A DNA stretch of 64,000 nt from an uncultured Chloroflexia bacterium. GTDB lineage: Bacteria > Chloroflexota > Limnocylindria > Limnocylindrales > CSP1-4. Made by a program: the position numbers and the translations under genes. The notes beneath the pieces are model-generated. The model did no database searches. It was not told the origin of the DNA and saw only the letters and a list, made by a program, of their open reading frames with translations. Positions 59,788-64,000 of this stretch are shown one piece after another (the stretch's first letter is position 1; each line of letters begins with the position of its first letter). The stretch lies in contig CAWHXD010000014.1 of the NCBI GenBank assembly GCA_963833225.1, forward strand, positions 1 through 64,000, in the 5' to 3' direction.

Positions 59788-60547
59788 GTGTCCAGAGTCC
59801 AGTCCATCGAGCGAGCGTTCACCATCCTCACCGCGCTGGGTGGCGGTCCGCTCGGCGTGACCGAGGTCGCGGAGCGCGTGGACCTCCCCAAGAGCACCGT
59901 CGCCCGGCTGCTCGCGGCGCTTGCCACAGAGGGGGCGGTGGAGCAGGCCGCTGGCGGCACGCGACTACCGGATCGGCCAGCGGCTGGTGGGCCTGGCCTC
60001 GGGCGTCGTCCCCACCCGGAGCCTGGTCGCGGTCGCGCGCCCGCACCTGGTGGAGCTGGCGGCCACGACCGGGGAGACGGCCGGCCTCTCGATCCCGGAC
60101 GGGTTCCTCGTCCACTACATCGACCAGGAAGCCACGTCGCACGCCGTGGGGGTCCGCGACTGGACGGGGACGCGGCTGCCGATGCATGCCGTCTCGTCGG
60201 GGCTCGTGTTCCTCGCCGGCCTCGCGCCGTCCGAGGTCGACCGGTTCCTCGCGACCCCGCTGGAGCGGTTCGTTCCGGGAACGGTGACCGACCCACAGCA
60301 GATCCGCGAGCGGCTCCGGCGCGCCCAGGTGGACGGCGTCGCGTGGACGCATGACGAGGTTGCCGAGGGGATCAGCTCGGTGGCGGCCGCCGTCGCCGAC
60401 GCGTCCGGCGAGGTCGTGGCTGCGCTCCACGTGCACGGGCCGTCCTACCGGTTCCCGGGTCCCGGTGGGGGCGACCAGGTTCGGGTCGAGGAGGCGCTGG
60501 TCGACGCGGCGGCCCGCGTCTCGCTCAGCCTGCGCCGGGCGGGCTGA
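59788..60547 (+). CDS. IclR family regulator; indel near 59950
   Basis: VQSIERAFTIL, GVTEVAE..DLPKSTVARLL, TGET, PMHAVSSG, GPSYR. Confidence 0.9.
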
Positions 60548-60646
60548 GCGCGCCCCGCCCGGCTCCGCGGCGGGCATCCCGGCGGAGCTCGCGCGTCGCA
60601 GTTCGCGGCGTCCCGCCCGGCTCCGTGGCGGGCAGGCCCTTCGACA

Positions 60647-60787
60647 TTGCCCCGGTTATCACCCCCGGCCGCTATACGCGCGGATCTTGGCCCGATTCCG
60701 CACCGCGTACCGGTCCCTGCTGATCCATGTGGCGCCCAGGTCGCGATTCGCCGTTGCTGGAGCGTTCAGGGCTGATATCTGGGGCAA
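60647..60787. repeat. 141-bp inverted-repeat element, copy 2
   Basis: TTGCCCCGGTTATCA...TGATATCTGGGGCAA; the right arm reverse complement resembles the left arm of copy 1. Confidence 0.7.
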
Positions 60788-60790
60788 GGG

Positions 60791-60875
60791 CGGCGAACCG
60801 GCGGCGAACCGTGGCCGGCGAACCGGCGGCGAACCGTGGCCGGCGAACCGTCGCGGGCGAACCGGCGGCGATCCG
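60791..60875. repeat. Short tandem repeat of GGCGAACCG
   Basis: About 7 units with 2-6 nt linkers. Confidence 0.8.
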
Positions 60876-61002
60876 AGGCCCGCGAGCCGAGCTGGCATCG
60901 CAGCCCGAGACCGCGGGCACCGCGACCCGAGGCCGCGCGGGGCACGAAGACGCCGGCGACCGCCCGGGGAAGGCGATCGCCGGCGTGGACGCGGGGAGAA
61001 GG

Positions 61003-62403
61003 CTAGTTGAGTGGGTCGCCGTCGCCCGCCTGGAACAGCCCAACGGCCCCATGACCCACGAAGTTGAAGGCGTGGGTGACGAAGGCGTAGATGCCGTCCT
61101 CGGCCGCGGTGAACTCGATGATCGCGGCCTGCGCCGGGGACAGGTCCACGGCCTGCGAACCCCAGTTGCCGCTGTTGCCGCGCTTGACCCCATCGCCCTC
61201 CTTGATCACGTTGTCGAAGATCGTGCCGACCACGTGGAACGAGCTGTCGATGTTGGGTCCGACGTTGAGGACGAACAGGCGGACGCGCTTCCCGGGCTCG
61301 ATGGCGACGGGGTTGTCCTTGTACTGGTTGGCGACGCCGTTGAAGACCACGAAGTCGGGTGCGGGCGCGGTCTGGTTCGCCTTCGTGTAGTCGACGGGCT
61401 CGCCCTGCTTGCCGAGGTACCACTCGCTCTGGACGAGCGTGAACTCCTGGTCGACCTTGGGCAGGCCCTCCTTCGGCTCCACGATCACCATCCCGAACAT
61501 GCCGTTGGCGATGTGATGCAGCGTCGGGGCAGTGCCGCAGTGGTACATCCAGACGCCCGCGTAGTTGGCCTTGTAGGTGTAGGTGAACGTCTCGCCCGGC
61601 TTGATCTCCACCATCTGGTGGTTCATCGCGGTCTCGGAGGCGTGGAAGTCGATCGAATGGCTCATCGTCCCCTGGTTCGTCAGGTGGATGTTGACCGTGT
61701 CGCCCACCTTGACCCGGACCGTCGGCCCGGGGACGGTCCCGCCAAAGGTCCACACGTGGACCACGAAGCCGTCGGCGACCGTCATGTCCTTCTCGATGAT
61801 CGGGAAGTCGATGTCATGGACGGTGCCCTGGGCCAGCGCCGGCGCCCGGGGGTCGTGGAGGATGTAGGGGGGCGCGCTGGGATCCGCCACCGGGGCGGAC
61901 GCGAGCGCTGCCGAGGGACCCTCGGACATGCCGGGCATCGCCGCGGCCTGGCCCTCGACGGACACCTGGCCAGTCATGCCGGCCTGGGCGTGGCCCGGGA
62001 TGGAGCACAGGAAGGACAGGCCGCCGGCCGGGATCGCGACGTCCGCCGTCGTTGTCTGGCCGGCCTCGGCAACAAGCTTGGTGCCATCGGCGAAGGTCAG
62101 GTCGTGGGTCGTGGATCCCGTGTTGGCGAAGGTGACCGTGTACATGCCCGCCGCCGGGACGGTCACGGCCGACGGCTTGAACCCGAGGTCGAAGGCCTCG
62201 ATGCGCAGCGCGCCGCCAGCCGCGGCGGCCACCGCCGGGGCCGAGGTGGCGTTCGGCTGGTCAACCCCCGCCGCGGGGGACGCACCCCCGGCGACGGGCG
62301 GCCCGAACGACCAGCCCGGGGCCGTTGCCGACCCGCAGGCGGAGGCGGAGATGGTGAAGGCCATCAGCACGGTGGCGGCCACGAGACGCCGGGGACGAGG
62401 CAT
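61003..62403 (-). CDS. nirK: Copper-containing nitrite reductase with an extra N-terminal cupredoxin domain, lipoprotein
   Basis: Lipobox SASAC; cupredoxin H...C.IPGH.QAGM; HSIDFH, YHC...HIANGM, SSFHVVG, FVTHAF. Confidence 0.85.
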   Translation of the reverse strand: MPRPRRLVAATVLMAFTISASACGSATAPGWSFGPPVAGGASPAAGVDQPNATSAPAVAAAAGGALRIEAFDLGFKPSAVTVPAAGMYTVTFANTGSTTHDLTFADGTKLVAEAGQTTTADVAIPAGGLSFLCSIPGHAQAGMTGQVSVEGQAAAMPGMSEGPSAALASAPVADPSAPPYILHDPRAPALAQGTVHDIDFPIIEKDMTVADGFVVHVWTFGGTVPGPTVRVKVGDTVNIHLTNQGTMSHSIDFHASETAMNHQMVEIKPGETFTYTYKANYAGVWMYHCGTAPTLHHIANGMFGMVIVEPKEGLPKVDQEFTLVQSEWYLGKQGEPVDYTKANQTAPAPDFVVFNGVANQYKDNPVAIEPGKRVRLFVLNVGPNIDSSFHVVGTIFDNVIKEGDGVKRGNSGNWGSQAVDLSPAQAAIIEFTAAEDGIYAFVTHAFNFVGHGAVGLFQAGDGDPLN

Positions 62404-62526
62404 GATCGGTTCCCTTCCGTTGGCCCGGCTCGTTTCCCCGTCCGGGTCCCTGTCCGGTGGTCCGGCATCCCGCTGGCCGTCCCCTACCGGAGTACAAGGT
62501 AACTATCACCAACTTACTATGTATTT

Positions 62527-63951
62527 GTGAAGATGACCAGTGACCCCAATGCCGGGGGCCGGGAGGCCCCCTCTGGCGGTGACGCCGCCACCGACGCCGC
62601 CGGCACCCGGCTGACGGGGATCCCACCCAGGGAGCCACCAACCCGGGCGCCGCTTGCGGTGCCCCTCGCGCCCACGGCGCCCCGACCGGCGGCCGGGGCG
62701 CTCCATGCCCCGGGGCCGCGGCGTGCGGACGACCGGCGGATCGCGATGCTCGCCATCGCCGCTTCGGCGGGCTTCCTGGTCGCGTCGGCCCTGTCCGCGC
62801 TCGCTGCGGCCACGGGCGCCGCCGTGCTGTCGCCGTGGCTGCCGCTGCACCTGGCCCTCGCCGGCAGCGCATCGACGGCGATCGCGGGTGTGATGCCGTT
62901 CTTCGTGGCCGCGCTCGCCGCGGGTGCGCCAGCGGGAGCGCGCCTGCGCGGGGCGGCAGTGGTGCTGGTGGGGGCGGGCGCGGCGCTGGTGGCGGTCCGC
63001 GGGATCGACCCGTCCATCGGCTGGGCGCCGGTCGTGGGCGGCTCAGCCTACCTTCTCGGGATCGGGGCGCTGGCGGTTGCCGTCCGCGAGTCCGGACGAG
63101 CCGGCCTGATGATGCGCCGGCCCGTGGTCTCGCTCGGCTACACGCTGGCCCTCGTCAACGTGGCGATCGGCGGGTCGCTTGCGACGCTGATGGTTGCGGG
63201 CTGGGGACCGGTGCTGGAGGCCTGGTCGCGGCTCCGACCGGCCCACGCCTGGACCAACGTGCTCGGATTCGTCTCGCTGGTGATCCTCGCGACGCTGCTC
63301 CATCTCCTGCCGACCGTGCTGGGCGGGCGGATCGTCCCGCGGAGGAGCGCCGCGCTCGTGGTGCTGGGACCCGCGATGGGCTCGCCGCTGGTGGTGGTCG
63401 GGATGATCGCTGGCTCGGGACCCGTTGCCGGGGCCGGGGCTGTGCTGGCGCTGGTCGGGGCCGGCGCGATGGTGATCGAGACGGCGAGGATCGTCCGCGA
63501 CCGTGGCCACTGGACCTCCGACCCCGGCTGGCACCGGTTCGCCTCGGCCGGGATGCTCGCCGCGGTCGCGTGGTACCTCGCCGGGGTCGCCATGGCGTCC
63601 TGGCTGGTGATCGCCGAGGGACCGCGCGCAGACGCCTGGTCCACGCCGCTGGTCGGCGCGCCGCTCGTGGCAGGCTGGATCGCCCAGGTGCTGCTCGCGT
63701 CGTGGACGCACCTGCTGCCATCGATCGGGCCCGGGGGACCGGTCGCGCACGCGCGCCAGCGCGTGGTCCTGGGGCGGCTGGCGACCGTGCGGCTTCTCGC
63801 CTTCAATGGCGGCGTCGTCCTGCTCTGGTGGGGCCCGGCGTCGGCATCGCCAGCGATGGTGGTCGTGGGCGGCGTCCTGACCGGCGCGGCGATCGTCGTC
63901 ACGGTGGCGCTGATCGCCGAGGCGGTTCGCGTGGGACGCGCAGCGAGCTGA
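62527..63951 (+). CDS. Multi-TM membrane protein, nirK-associated type
   Basis: WLPLHLALAG, AHAWTNVLGF, HLLP repeated; many TM segments; divergent from nirK. Confidence 0.75.
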   Translation: MKMTSDPNAGGREAPSGGDAATDAAGTRLTGIPPREPPTRAPLAVPLAPTAPRPAAGALHAPGPRRADDRRIAMLAIAASAGFLVASALSALAAATGAAVLSPWLPLHLALAGSASTAIAGVMPFFVAALAAGAPAGARLRGAAVVLVGAGAALVAVRGIDPSIGWAPVVGGSAYLLGIGALAVAVRESGRAGLMMRRPVVSLGYTLALVNVAIGGSLATLMVAGWGPVLEAWSRLRPAHAWTNVLGFVSLVILATLLHLLPTVLGGRIVPRRSAALVVLGPAMGSPLVVVGMIAGSGPVAGAGAVLALVGAGAMVIETARIVRDRGHWTSDPGWHRFASAGMLAAVAWYLAGVAMASWLVIAEGPRADAWSTPLVGAPLVAGWIAQVLLASWTHLLPSIGPGGPVAHARQRVVLGRLATVRLLAFNGGVVLLWWGPASASPAMVVVGGVLTGAAIVVTVALIAEAVRVGRAAS

Positions 63952-64000
63952 CCGGCTCGGCGGTCAGGCCTCCGGGTGCGTTCGGAGCGCGTCGCCGGTG

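Overview
Very GC-rich bacterial DNA. Gene style is reminiscent of Chloroflexota class Limnocylindria or Actinomycetota, but taxonomy is inference only. Many single-base indels split genes, densest at 0.7-14.3 kb. (1) 1-14.5 kb is the right part of an integrated phage-like element. In order it carries a yybP-ykoY riboswitch with a GDT1/TMEM165 transporter, HNH, ParB-DNA methyltransferase, terS, terL, portal, scaffold, major capsid, head-tail genes, major tail protein, a G/GT tail chaperone with a -1 slippery site, a RuvC-like resolvase and a large serine integrase whose C-terminus reads into the antisense of tRNA-Arg(CCG). No tape-measure, tail-tip or lysis genes are present. (2) 14.5-28.6 kb is a core-like region: a candidate ~180-nt ncRNA, two cyclophilins, a HisA-like gene, DUF885, threonine aldolase, AI-2E transporter, tRNA-Asp, CapA-like, PIG-L deacetylase, a Met-rich redoxin with CcdA, YbaK, a CoA transferase and GntR. 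(3) 28.6-60.5 kb is a large N-methyl-amino-acid/betaine catabolism locus: four dimethylglycine/sarcosine-dehydrogenase-like GcvT flavoproteins, ETF with a membrane Fe-S oxidoreductase, a Liv-type ABC transporter, two non-pyrrolysine MttB methyltransferases, corrinoid protein, MeTr, RACE activator and regulators. It is interrupted by an HTH/PD-(D/E)XK-like gene bracketed by a 52-bp periodic array and an inverted copy of its unit. (4) 61-64 kb holds a three-domain Cu nitrite reductase and a divergent membrane protein. Two related 141-bp inverted-repeat elements sit between convergent genes.
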